This document shows, piece by piece, positions 18,112 through 28,569 of a stretch of 64,000 nucleotides of DNA. Numbering within the stretch: the stretch's first letter is position 1; the number at the start of each line of letters is the position of its first letter. Origin of the DNA: Planctomycetota bacterium (GTDB lineage Bacteria > Planctomycetota > PLA2 > JAEUHO01); the NCBI GenBank assembly GCA_965223505.1, contig CBDCWP010000038.1:230055-294054 (forward strand), written 5' to 3'. The notes under the pieces were generated by a model, which was not told the DNA's origin, did no database searches, and was given only the letters and a program-made list of their open reading frames with translations. The position numbers were made by a program, and so were the translations under genes.

Positions 18112-19659
18112 CTACTTGTCCTTGCGCTTGCGAACGGCCCCGCTCTCGCTCCGAAGGTCTTCGAGCTCGACGACGTGCGCCGTGACCATCACCAATCGGT
18201 CGATCTTGCGGTCCTCGACGTCGCTTCGCGCCGTGCGGATGAGCACCGTGCCGCCGGTCGGCAGCGTGGATGTCGTCTTCGAACGAAGCACGGAGAGTTC
18301 GGGAACCTGGATCTTCACCTTGTGCCCTTCGATCTCCGTCTCGAGCTCCGGGATCGGACGTCGAAGCTCGGCCCAGGTGCAATTCGCGTCGAGGGTCACG
18401 TACCGCTCGTCCGCGCTCAGCGTCGGCTCGAGCTCCACGACGACGCCCTCTTGAATGGTGTCGATGACCGGGTCGAGGGCCGTCTTGCCGTCCCTGCCTT
18501 CGACGACCGTGTACTCCTTCACGTACGAGATCTGCGAGAGCACCTGCACGTTCGCCGTCTGCTTGTCGTAGGCCGTGAGGCGCGGCGCCGTCAGCAGCTT
18601 CAGCCGCTCACTCTTCTCGACGGCGCGCAAGAGGACCTCGCACTGCGTGTCGTCGAGAAACGTGGTGTTGCTCGGCTCGTCCTGCTCGTCGCGAATGCTG
18701 ATGTCCTCGAGAAAGTTCTCGTACGCCTCGATCACGCGCACCTCGAAGTTGACGACGCGCTTCTTCTCGGACACGGCACGAGGCTCGGTGAACGACCGGC
18801 GATCGAGCTGCGTCACGGCCGCGGTGACCATCACCAGGTGCTCGGTCGAGCCGCCGGACCGGCCGAAGAGCTCCTCGGCGCGAACGAGCACGGTTCCGCC
18901 GTCGGGTACGTTCAGCTCGGCGTTCAACCGCCCGACCCGGATCGTCGGCAGCTGGATTTCGACCTCCTTGTCCCCGGCGACCTTCACGGGAATCGCCGGG
19001 ATCGGGCGCTCGACCTGGGCCCACGTGCCGTCGATGTCGAGCGTCACGAAGCGCCGGTCGGCGCTGAGCGTCGGCGTGACGCCGAGCAGGGCGCCCTCCT
19101 TGACCGTCTCGACGATGGGATCGGCCACACGGCTGCCGCCCATCGTGACCTCGACCTCGTAGTCGCTGACGAACGACACGTCGTTCAGGGTGCTGATGTC
19201 CGCCCGCTGGCGGTCGTACGCGGTGACGCGCGGCGCCGTGATGAGCTTCCAGCGCTCGCCCTTCTCGCAGGCACGCAGCAGGATCTCGACCTGGGTCTCA
19301 TCGAGCAGCATGCTCGCCGCCTTCAGGTCGTTCCCGAATCGACCCGGCAGCCCCAGATCGCGGAAGGCGACGTCGTCCGCCTCGATCAGGCGAACGGTCA
19401 TCGTCACGACGCTGCCGGACGCGCCGGCTTTCGGCTCGCGCGCCAGCTTCTGCAGCGCCTTGCACACCTGCATCAGCGTCTTCGTGTCGGCGCTCTCGAG
19501 AAAGGTCGTGGCCGCGGCCTGTTCGGCGTCGCTGCCGTGCAGGATGTGCCGCGCGATCTGTTCCGGCGACGGCGGCTCGGTATCGACCGCCGGGTCGCCG
19601 GCGAGCGACGGGGTGCAGAGCAGGAGAACGGCGAGGAGCGCAAGGGGGATGTGTTTCAT
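18112..19659 (-). CDS. Secretin-like protein with two tandem secretin-type domains
   Basis: Signal peptide; two copies of VRxIE...LxTAPRxTAYDxQ...EGx(4)xPTLSADxRxVTL...PxGGTVL. Confidence 0.75.
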   Translation of the reverse strand: MKHIPLALLAVLLLCTPSLAGDPAVDTEPPSPEQIARHILHGSDAEQAAATTFLESADTKTLMQVCKALQKLAREPKAGASGSVVTMTVRLIEADDVAFRDLGLPGRFGNDLKAASMLLDETQVEILLRACEKGERWKLITAPRVTAYDRQRADISTLNDVSFVSDYEVEVTMGGSRVADPIVETVKEGALLGVTPTLSADRRFVTLDIDGTWAQVERPIPAIPVKVAGDKEVEIQLPTIRVGRLNAELNVPDGGTVLVRAEELFGRSGGSTEHLVMVTAAVTQLDRRSFTEPRAVSEKKRVVNFEVRVIEAYENFLEDISIRDEQDEPSNTTFLDDTQCEVLLRAVEKSERLKLLTAPRLTAYDKQTANVQVLSQISYVKEYTVVEGRDGKTALDPVIDTIQEGVVVELEPTLSADERYVTLDANCTWAELRRPIPELETEIEGHKVKIQVPELSVLRSKTTSTLPTGGTVLIRTARSDVEDRKIDRLVMVTAHVVELEDLRSESGAVRKRKDK

Positions 19660-19715
19660 GCGCACAGGTTGAGCGCGCGCCGTCACTTCGCGCTCACTCG
19701 GCCGTCACATGCGAG

Positions 19716-20546
19716 TCACTTCGCCGGCGGCGGCGCGTTCCACTCGGGCGTCATGTCATCGGCGCGTGGCGGCACGGTCGCCTGTGCGTCTCCGACGAGC
19801 TCGGCGCCGGCATTCACTCCGTTGTCGCCGTTGGCGTATTTGGAGGAGATCTTGCGCATGAGCTTCCAGATCAACCAGAAGATGAACAACGCGAGCAGCA
19901 GTCCGAGCACGCGCTGCCACCACGGGATGTTCTCGGCATCCAGCGACGCCTTCAGCTTGTCCGCGAGGATCGCGTACGCGATCGAGACGACCAACCCGGC
20001 GATCGCGACCGCCCAGAACGCGGCGCGCTTGCTGATGCCGACGATGCGGCCGATGATCGCACCGCCCAGACATCCCGATCCCGGCAACGGCGTGATGACG
20101 AAGAAGCCGACGCCGATGGTGGCGAGCCGACGAATCCACGGCCGCTTGCGCACGGTCGCGACCGCTTCGCGGCGCGAGCGGCGTAGCGCCGGTCCGATCT
20201 TCGGCAGCTTGTGCAGCAGATCGAGGTTGTAGATGTACCAGAAGCCGCTGGCCGCATTGATCCAGATGACGACCATCGCCAGCTCCCAGGTCGTCAGGTC
20301 GACCTTGGCAGTGATGAACATGAAGTCGTCGAGGATCGCAGGCGCGAAGATGACCGTCGTTCCCAGGCCGAGCAGGCTGGCGACACCCGCAATGAGCGCG
20401 TCGTCCGCAAAGTGCTCGGACGCCGCGAATCCGAGCAGCAGCCACAGCAGCGCGGTGGCAGCGATGGGCCCGAAGAGGTAGCCGAGACGCCGGAAGAATC
20501 CGACGGGCTCGTCTCCACTGGGCTTTCGCTTCTTCGACTGGGCCAT
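19716..20546 (-). CDS. Small multi-drug export (COG2426-like) membrane protein
   Basis: FFVITPLPGSGCLGGAIIGRIVG motif; multiple TM segments. Confidence 0.7.
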   Translation of the reverse strand: MAQSKKRKPSGDEPVGFFRRLGYLFGPIAATALLWLLLGFAASEHFADDALIAGVASLLGLGTTVIFAPAILDDFMFITAKVDLTTWELAMVVIWINAASGFWYIYNLDLLHKLPKIGPALRRSRREAVATVRKRPWIRRLATIGVGFFVITPLPGSGCLGGAIIGRIVGISKRAAFWAVAIAGLVVSIAYAILADKLKASLDAENIPWWQRVLGLLLALFIFWLIWKLMRKISSKYANGDNGVNAGAELVGDAQATVPPRADDMTPEWNAPPPAK

Positions 20547-20731
20547 GGGCGTTCCTGGCGCGCTCGGCGCGGGGTCCAGGGAGGATATAGGCCCTCCCCC
20601 CGCTTCCGGCATGAAGCACACGGTCGTTGGCACCGCATTGTCCAGGGGGCGTGGGGTCGGGCGGCTGCGCCCTCCGGTCGGTCCGCGGCGGCCTTCGGCG
20701 AGTCCGCGCCCGTATGGTGTGGGGCCGCCCG

Positions 20732-21901
20732 ATGCAGAACGTGCTCGTCACTTTCGGAACCCGTCCCGAGGCCATCAAGATGGCGCCGGTGATCGATGCG
20801 CTGCGCGCGCAGCCGGGCCGGTTCCGCACGCACGTCTGCACGACCGGCCAGCACCGGGAGATGGTCGACCAGGTCCTCTCCCTCTTCGGCCTGCAGCCCG
20901 ACGCCGACCTCGACCTGATGCAGCGCGACCAGACGCCCGCGCAGGTGACGGCGCGCGTGCTCGAGACGATGACCGGGACCATCCGTGACGCGCAGGCGGA
21001 CGTGGTCGTCGTCCAGGGGGACACGACGACGGCGATGGCGTCGGCCATGGCAGCGTTCTATCTGCAGGTCCCCGTGGCGCACGTCGAAGCCGGGCTGCGC
21101 TCGGGCCGGATGGACGCCCCCTTCCCGGAGGAGATGAACCGCGTCGTGATCGACAGCTTCGCGACGCATTGCTTTCCCCCCACCCCGGCGGCGGCGGCCA
21201 ACCTCCGCGCCCAGGGCATCGTCGACCCGCTCGTGACGGGCAACACGACGATCGACGCGCTGCTTCGGTTGCGACTGCGGCTGCCCGAGCTGGACCTGCC
21301 CGTGCGCGATCGCATCGGAGAACCCGAGCGTCTGGTGCTCGTCACGGCCCACCGGCGCGAGTCGTTCGGGGAGCCGCTTCGCAACGTGTTCGTCGCGCTG
21401 CAGGCCCTGGCCGAGGCGCATCCGGACGTGACGTTCGTCTACCCCGTCCACCCGAATCCCAACGTCGAGGGTCCGGCGCACGAGATGTTGACTGCGCCGA
21501 ACCTGACGCTCGTCGCGCCGGTGCACTTCGCCGAGCTGGTATGGCTGATGGACCGTTGCGAGCTCGTGCTCTCGGACAGCGGCGGACTGCAGGAGGAGGC
21601 GCCCACGCTCGGCAAGCCCATCCTGGTGCTTCGCGACGTGACCGAACGGCAGGAGCTGATCGACGCGGGCGGCGGCCTGCTCGTGGGCACGGACACCGAC
21701 CGCATTCGCGAAGAGGCGACGCGGTTGCTCGAGGACGCCGACGCGCGCGCCGAGATGGGCCGGCACCGATTCCTGTTCGGCGACGGGTGCGCAGGCGAGA
21801 GGATCTCGCTCGCGCTCGCGGGCGAGACCGTCGATCCGTGGGTGCCGGGACTCGCGCCGCCGCCGACACTTCATCCGGCGAACGCGGGCGCCGCGACCTA
21901 G
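20732..21901 (+). CDS. wecB: UDP-N-acetylglucosamine 2-epimerase (non-hydrolysing)
   Basis: GTRPEAIKMAP, TGQHREM, QGDTTT, HVEAGLRS, PFPEEMNR, DSGGLQEEAP. Confidence 0.97.
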   Translation: MQNVLVTFGTRPEAIKMAPVIDALRAQPGRFRTHVCTTGQHREMVDQVLSLFGLQPDADLDLMQRDQTPAQVTARVLETMTGTIRDAQADVVVVQGDTTTAMASAMAAFYLQVPVAHVEAGLRSGRMDAPFPEEMNRVVIDSFATHCFPPTPAAAANLRAQGIVDPLVTGNTTIDALLRLRLRLPELDLPVRDRIGEPERLVLVTAHRRESFGEPLRNVFVALQALAEAHPDVTFVYPVHPNPNVEGPAHEMLTAPNLTLVAPVHFAELVWLMDRCELVLSDSGGLQEEAPTLGKPILVLRDVTERQELIDAGGGLLVGTDTDRIREEATRLLEDADARAEMGRHRFLFGDGCAGERISLALAGETVDPWVPGLAPPPTLHPANAGAAT

Positions 21902-21903
21902 AC

Positions 21904-22680
21904 GTGCGGCGCGACACCGACTCCCGCGGCTTGACGCTCTGGTTCATGCTCCCCGCCTACAACGAGGCGCAGAACCTGCCCGCGCTGCTGAACGACTTCC
22001 GCTCGACGCTTCAGCGCTGGCCCGGCGGCGCGCCGCCGACGAAGGTCGTGGTCGTCGACGACGGCAGCACGGACGACACCGCCGATGCGGCGCGTTCCGT
22101 CACGGGCCTGGATACGACCGTGCTGGTACACGATCCGAACCAGGGTCTGGGCGCGGCCATGCGCACGGGCATCGAGCACGTGCTCGACAACGCGCGGCCC
22201 GACGACCTGATGGTGAGCATGGACGCGGACCACACCCACCCGCCCGAGCTGATGCCGGGCATGGTCGAGCGCGCGCGCAACGGCGCCGATCTGGTCATCG
22301 CGTCGCGCTTCCAGCCCGGCGCGGAGGTGCACGGGCTCGACGCGCTGCGAACGTTCGTGAGCCTCGCCGCTTCGTGGCTCTTGCGCATCCTGTTTCCGTG
22401 CGCGCGCGACTACACGTGCGGCTACCGCTGCTACCGCGTCGCCCTGCTGGCGTGGGGCAAGCAGCGGTACGGCTCCGCGTTCCTCAATCAGTCGGGCTTC
22501 TCGGTGATGGTCGATCTCCTGCTGAAGCTGCGACGCAGAGCGCGGCGGATCGAGGAGGTGCCGTTGATCTTGCGGTACGACCGCAAGCAGGGCGCGTCGA
22601 AGATGAAGATCGTCCAGACGGCGGTGACGACGCTGCGGCTGTTGGGACGCCGGTTCGTGGGGAATCCGACGGGGCCGTAG
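21904..22680 (+). CDS. Polyprenol-phosphate glycosyltransferase (GT2, DPM1-like)
   Basis: PAYNEA, VVDDGSTD, NQGLG, MDADHTH, VIASRF, DYTCGYR; start approximate. Confidence 0.88.
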   Translation: MRRDTDSRGLTLWFMLPAYNEAQNLPALLNDFRSTLQRWPGGAPPTKVVVVDDGSTDDTADAARSVTGLDTTVLVHDPNQGLGAAMRTGIEHVLDNARPDDLMVSMDADHTHPPELMPGMVERARNGADLVIASRFQPGAEVHGLDALRTFVSLAASWLLRILFPCARDYTCGYRCYRVALLAWGKQRYGSAFLNQSGFSVMVDLLLKLRRRARRIEEVPLILRYDRKQGASKMKIVQTAVTTLRLLGRRFVGNPTGP

Positions 22681-22739
22681 GGCGATCCTGTCGAGTCGTA
22701 GAGGACGATCCGCGACTGGGGCGAATACGATGTGGGGCC

Positions 22740-23708
22740 ATGCCCAATCCCTGGGACACCGCCGCCAAGTCGTTCCGTAGCGAGCTCACCGACGCCGTTC
22801 CCCAGGCGGTCCTGCGCCGACTGCACCAGACCCGGCCGTGGCGCCACGCCCTCGTCGTCCTGCGACAGCTGCTGTTCCTCGCCGCCGCCGTCTACGTCGT
22901 CCTGCGCTTCGGCGATCGCTGGTACGCGTGGATCCCCGCCAGCATCGTCATCGGCTTCGTCATCTTCTCGTTCACCGTGCTGCTGCACGAGGTCGTTCAT
23001 CGCACGGTCTTCCGGGAGCGCCGCTCGGCCTGGAACCGCCTCCTCGGACACCTCTACGCGGCGCCGAGCGGACTCTCGAGCAGCCAGTTCGAGCGCTGGC
23101 ACCTCGATCACCACGACAACCTGGGCACCGACGACGGCGATCCGAAGCGGCACTACCTCACGCCCAAGATCGTCACGCGCCTCTTCAAGGCGCTCTACTT
23201 CACGCCCGTGTTGTTCCCGATCTACTTTCGCGCCGCGAAGAAGGCCGCTGCGAGCTATCCGCCCGCGCTGCGCAAGCGCATCGCCGTCGAGCGCTGGGTC
23301 GCGATTCTGCTGCACCTGGCGATTCCGGCCGTCCTCTGGTGGCAGCTCGGCTGGGAGGCCGCCCTCAAGCTGCACGTCCTCCCGGTGTTCGTCGTGTTCC
23401 CGGTCGCGTTCACGATCAACCGCCTCGGACAGCACTACGACATCGATCCGGACGACCCCGCCGCGTGGGGCACGCTGATTCGCCCGAGCCCGTTCTTCTG
23501 GGACCGCGTCTTCCTGTGGTCGAACTACCACATCGAGCACCACTACTTCCCCAAGGTGCCGTTCTACAACCTGCCGGCGCTGCACCGTTCGCTGCAGTCG
23601 TTCTTCGAGAGGCACGGCATGCGCAAGCGCACCTACGGCGGCCTGCTGTGGGATTGGCTGGTCAGGAACAAGACGCCCCACACGCGCTGGCACGCTACTC
23701 CTTCTTGA
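22740..23708 (+). CDS. Membrane fatty acid desaturase family protein
   Basis: Three histidine boxes HEVVH, HLDHH, HIEHH with TM segments. Confidence 0.9.
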   Translation: MPNPWDTAAKSFRSELTDAVPQAVLRRLHQTRPWRHALVVLRQLLFLAAAVYVVLRFGDRWYAWIPASIVIGFVIFSFTVLLHEVVHRTVFRERRSAWNRLLGHLYAAPSGLSSSQFERWHLDHHDNLGTDDGDPKRHYLTPKIVTRLFKALYFTPVLFPIYFRAAKKAAASYPPALRKRIAVERWVAILLHLAIPAVLWWQLGWEAALKLHVLPVFVVFPVAFTINRLGQHYDIDPDDPAAWGTLIRPSPFFWDRVFLWSNYHIEHHYFPKVPFYNLPALHRSLQSFFERHGMRKRTYGGLLWDWLVRNKTPHTRWHATPS

Positions 23709-24126
23709 CCTCCACGCTCACCTTGGTGACGTCCACGCCGGCGAGCGCGTTCGTGATGCGGACGACATCGCTCCACGGTGCGTCGCGCCCGGCCAGGAGG
23801 TGAACGCGCTCACGGCCGGTCGCCTGCCGCTGTTCCTTGATCCAGCGTCCCAGCGCGTCCTCGACACGCGTGCCCTCGAACACCCGAGTCGCCTCGCCGG
23901 CGGACGCGTGCAGCTGCCAACCGCCGTCGTCGGCCCGTTCGAACGTGACGGTGATCGTGTCGTCCGCGTCCACCTCGACCGGCGCGGGCTGTTCGGGGAT
24001 CGGCTCCGGTTCGGGCGTCGGCGCCTGAATCCGCCGGTGGAACCGCTCGATCGGCGTCGGCCCCTCCTCTTCGGGCCCGCAGCCCGCGAGCACCAGGAGA
24101 ACGAGACTGAGCAGCACCGGTCTCAT
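23695..24126 (-). CDS. Putative lipoprotein with ExbD/TolR-like C-terminal domain
   Basis: Lipobox LAG-C; C-terminus VHLLAGRDAPWSDVVRITNALAGVDVTKVSV resembles the ExbD/TolR periplasmic domain. Confidence 0.6.
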   Translation of the reverse strand: MRPVLLSLVLLVLAGCGPEEEGPTPIERFHRRIQAPTPEPEPIPEQPAPVEVDADDTITVTFERADDGGWQLHASAGEATRVFEGTRVEDALGRWIKEQRQATGRERVHLLAGRDAPWSDVVRITNALAGVDVTKVSVEVKKE

Positions 24127-24162
24127 GCGGCCCGAGCATACGCCGCGTCTAGACTGCGCCGC
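24127..24162. promoter_or_regulatory. Back-to-back -10 elements (candidate bidirectional leaderless promoter)
   Basis: TATGCT on minus (24135-24140) 8 nt before ATG 24126; TAGACT on plus (24150-24155) 7 nt before GTG 24163. Confidence 0.6.
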
Positions 24163-24408
24163 GTGGAGATCACCGTTCGCTACTTCGCCGCCGCCCGGGA
24201 AGCCGCCGGCACCGATGCCGAGACCGTCACCGCCGACGACGACGCCACAGTCGAGCGCCTCTTCGACGCGCTCGTCGCCGCCCATCCCGCGCTGGACGGA
24301 GCGCGCAAGGGATTGCGCTTCGCGCTCGGCGACGAGTTCGTTCCGGCGGACACGCCCCTTCGCGACGGCGCTACCCTTGCGCTCATCCCACCGGTCGGCG
24401 GAGGGTAG
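24163..24408 (+). CDS. moaD: Molybdopterin synthase sulfur carrier subunit
   Basis: VRYFAAAREAAG start, C-terminal PPVGGG; adjacent to moaE. Confidence 0.92.
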   Translation: MEITVRYFAAAREAAGTDAETVTADDDATVERLFDALVAAHPALDGARKGLRFALGDEFVPADTPLRDGATLALIPPVGGG

Positions 24409-24415
24409 GGCACGG

Positions 24416-24883
24416 ATGGCGTTTCGCATCACCAAGGAACCGATCGACGCGGACACGGTCCGCGCTGCCGTCCTGGGGCCCGACAACGGCGCCATCGTGG
24501 TCTTCCACGGCGCCGTTCGAAACCGGACCGCCGACCGCCGTGTAGAGCACCTCGAATACGAGACGTACGAGCCCATGGCGCTCAAGCAGATGGAACGGAT
24601 CGGCGCGGAGGTGATCGAGCGGCACGCGCTGTCGGCGCTCGCCTGCACCCACCGCGTCGGCCGGCTCGAGATCGGCGAGGACGCGATGGTGGTCGCCGTC
24701 TCGGCCCCCCACCGCAAGGCGGCGCTCGACGCCGTGGAGGACTTCATCGCCCGGCTCAAGCAAGACGTTCCGATCTGGAAGAAGGAGCACTTCGAGGGCG
24801 GCGCCGTCTGGGTCGGCACGCCCGACGATCCCCAGGCCACGCAGCGACCGATCAGCGACGCCCCCGTCGGGGAGAGCCGATGA
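24416..24883 (+). CDS. moaE: Molybdopterin synthase catalytic subunit
   Basis: GAIVVFHGAVRN, LEYETY, HRVGRL, VSAPHR, VPIWKKE. Confidence 0.95.
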   Translation: MAFRITKEPIDADTVRAAVLGPDNGAIVVFHGAVRNRTADRRVEHLEYETYEPMALKQMERIGAEVIERHALSALACTHRVGRLEIGEDAMVVAVSAPHRKAALDAVEDFIARLKQDVPIWKKEHFEGGAVWVGTPDDPQATQRPISDAPVGESR

Positions 24884-25740
24884 GCCCGTCACCGCTGGTC
24901 TACTCCGTCAGTGACGCGACGGGCGAAACCGCGCTGCAGGCATGCAAGGCCGCGCTCGCGCAGTTCGGTCAATTCGACGAGGGCAGCATCCGCTCCGTCT
25001 CGCACGTCCTGTCCGAGGAGGACCTGCGCGCTGTCGTGCTGAAGGCGAAGGAAGCGAACGCGATCCTCGCGTACACGCTCGTCGGTCCGGAGCTTCGCTC
25101 ACGCATCAAGGAGCTCGTGGAAGAGCACGAAGTCAAGGCCGTGGACCTGCTGGGGACGCTGATCGCGCGCTTCGCGCGGCATCTCGACCGCAAGCCGCTC
25201 GCCGTGCCGGGCCTGGGACACGAGCTCGACGAAGACTACTTCCGTCGCGTCGACGCCGTCGAGTTCGCGGTCGCCAACGACGACGGTCGCGAGCCGCGCA
25301 ACCTGCGCAAGGCCGACATCGTCATCGTCGGGATCAGCCGCACCGGAAAGACGCCGCTGTCGAACTACATCGCGCACCGCGGCTACAAGGTCGCGAACAT
25401 CCCCCTCGTGCTCGGTGTCGAGCCGCCCAAGGAGCTCGACGACGTCGACCCGCGGCGCGTCTTCGGCTTGAACATCGAACCGGCCACGTTGATGAAGATC
25501 CGACAGTCACGCATGGAGTCGCTGCGCATGGAGTCGTCCGACTACGGCGACATCCGGTACATCCGCCGCGAAGCCGCGTGGGCCCGCAAGGTCTTCGAAG
25601 CGCACCCCGAGTGGACGGTCCTGAACATGACGCGCAAGGCCATCGAGGAGACCGCGTCGAAGATCCTGGAGCACTACCGCGCCACGTTCGGGCCGTCTGA
25701 AGTCGAGAAGGACGACGCGTCGAAGGACCCGGACGCCTGA
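24880..25740 (+). CDS. PEP synthase/pyruvate phosphate dikinase regulatory kinase-pyrophosphorylase (DUF299)
   Basis: VSDATGETA, YFRRVDAVEFAVANDDG, GISRTGKTP, AIEETA. Confidence 0.93.
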   Translation: MSPSPLVYSVSDATGETALQACKAALAQFGQFDEGSIRSVSHVLSEEDLRAVVLKAKEANAILAYTLVGPELRSRIKELVEEHEVKAVDLLGTLIARFARHLDRKPLAVPGLGHELDEDYFRRVDAVEFAVANDDGREPRNLRKADIVIVGISRTGKTPLSNYIAHRGYKVANIPLVLGVEPPKELDDVDPRRVFGLNIEPATLMKIRQSRMESLRMESSDYGDIRYIRREAAWARKVFEAHPEWTVLNMTRKAIEETASKILEHYRATFGPSEVEKDDASKDPDA

Positions 25741-26702
25741 TGGCGATCGTCTCGATCCGCGACTTGACCAAGTCCTACGGGCGCCGTCCGCCGGCGCTGC
25801 GCGACGTGACCTTCGACGTCGCCGACGGCATCACCGGGTTGCTCGGTCCGAACGGCGCCGGCAAGTCGACGCTCATCCAATGCGTGCTCGGCCTGCTGCC
25901 CGACTACACGGGCACGGTCGAGGTGCTCGGGCTCGACACGCGCAGGCGCGGCCGCGAGATCCGCCGGCGTGTGGGCTTCATGCCGGAGACCGACGCGTAC
26001 CTGCACGCCATGACCGGGATCCGCGCGGTCCGTTACCTCGGTCAGCTCACCGGCATGCCCTACAACGACGCGCTTCGCCGCGCGCACGAGGTGCTGTTCC
26101 ACGTCGGCTTGGGCGAGGCCGTCTATCGTGACATCCGCCAGTACTCGACCGGCATGCGCCAGCGCTTCAAGCTGGCCCAGGCGCTCGTGCACGACCCCGA
26201 GGTGCTCTTCCTCGACGAGCCGCTCGCCGGCCTCGACCCGAGCGGTCGTGACGAGCTGCTCGACCTGATCCGCGATCTCGCCACCGACCACGGCAAGCAC
26301 GTCATCTGGTCGTCCCACATCCTCCCGGAGGTGCAGAAGGTCGCGCAGAACATCGTCGTGCTGCAGGACGGCCGCTGTCGCGGCACGTTTGCGCTCGAAG
26401 AGCTGCTGCCCCACGAGTCGATCTTCTCCGTCGAAGCCGAAGGCGAGACGCAGCAGTTCCGCTCGACGCTGGTCGCGCACGGCATCGACGTCGTCGAGGG
26501 CCGCGGTCCGCAGGAAGAGGAAGGCGTCGAGCTCGGGACGACCGCGAGGCGGTTCACCGTCACCTTGCCCGCGGACGACGGCGTGGCCGCGGTGTTCAAG
26601 CTCGCCCGCGAGAGCGGGGCGCGCGTGCGCAGCATCGCGCCGCTGACCGAAGGTCTCGAGGAGGTGTTCCTGCGCATCGTCGGACGCGAGGAGACCGACT
26701 GA
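25740..26702 (+). CDS. ABC transporter ATP-binding protein
   Basis: GPNGAGKST, YSTGMRQR, LDEP, SSH. Confidence 0.95.
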   Translation: MAIVSIRDLTKSYGRRPPALRDVTFDVADGITGLLGPNGAGKSTLIQCVLGLLPDYTGTVEVLGLDTRRRGREIRRRVGFMPETDAYLHAMTGIRAVRYLGQLTGMPYNDALRRAHEVLFHVGLGEAVYRDIRQYSTGMRQRFKLAQALVHDPEVLFLDEPLAGLDPSGRDELLDLIRDLATDHGKHVIWSSHILPEVQKVAQNIVVLQDGRCRGTFALEELLPHESIFSVEAEGETQQFRSTLVAHGIDVVEGRGPQEEEGVELGTTARRFTVTLPADDGVAAVFKLARESGARVRSIAPLTEGLEEVFLRIVGREETD

Positions 26703-27633
26703 TGGCGGTCTATGCGCGCGGCTACCGGCGGTACGAGGGCGGCTTCGACAGTCCCGCCGCCGTCTACACGATCTTCCGCGAGCACCACCGCCTGGCGATG
26801 CGCAACTGGGGGTTGCGCATCATCGGTGTGCTGTTCCTGATCTGGTTCGCCATCTGCGGCATGCGGCTCTACTTCGAGATCAAGCTCGGCGAAGGCTTCG
26901 CGCGCTACGGACGCGACTTCGGCATGCACTTCGAGTTCGACTTCGCGACGGAGTCGCTGCGCCTCCTCAAGGAGATCTTGATCTTCTATCACGCGCCGAT
27001 CACCGCCCTCGCCGCGCTCGTCTCGCTCTTCGTCGGCGCGGGGCTCATCTCCGACGACATGCGAACGCGCGCGTTGCCGCTCTACCTCGTGCGGCCCCTG
27101 CGACCGATCCGGTACGTGCTCGGCAAGACGATCGTGCTGCCGGTGCTGTTGCTCTGGTTCTGCCTGCTGCCCGGCGTGGCTATGTACGCGCTGGTGAGCG
27201 CGTGGCAGCCCGAAGGCACGAGCATGGAGTTCTTCACGGCCAACAGCGACATCCTCTGGACGATCGTCCGGCACTACGGCATCGCCGCGATGTCGTACAC
27301 CGGGCTGCTGATGCTGCTCTCGGCGCGCATCGCCCGGCGCGGCACCGTGATGGGCGTCGCCGCCGGCGTGTACTTCGTCGGATCGATGCTGGCCCTGGTC
27401 GCCGCGAGGCTTCGCGGTTGGCTGGGCGACGTGCTCCGGCTGCTGGGGCTGCCGGAGAACACGCTGGCCGAGTTCATTCGACTGGTCGCCGTCAGACCGG
27501 ACGACGTCGAGCGCATGCGCCGCATCGACCGTGTGCTGCCCGACCAGATCGCCGTCATGTGGGTGGCCGTCTGCTTGCTGCTGCTCGGCATGTACGCCGC
27601 CTACCGGCGCGCCAAGACGGTGGAGATCTCCGA

Positions 27634-27637
<4 letters not shown>
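26702..27637 (+). CDS. ABC-2 type transporter permease
   Basis: TM segments; ISDDMRTRALPLYLVRP...YVLGK motif. Confidence 0.85.

Positions 27638-28565
<928 letters not shown>

Positions 28566-28569
<4 letters not shown>

Noticed and set aside
16384..20232. 1282-aa plus-strand ORF
   Set aside because: Off-frame or antisense to the HEAT, secretin and membrane genes; Arg/Gly-rich with no motifs
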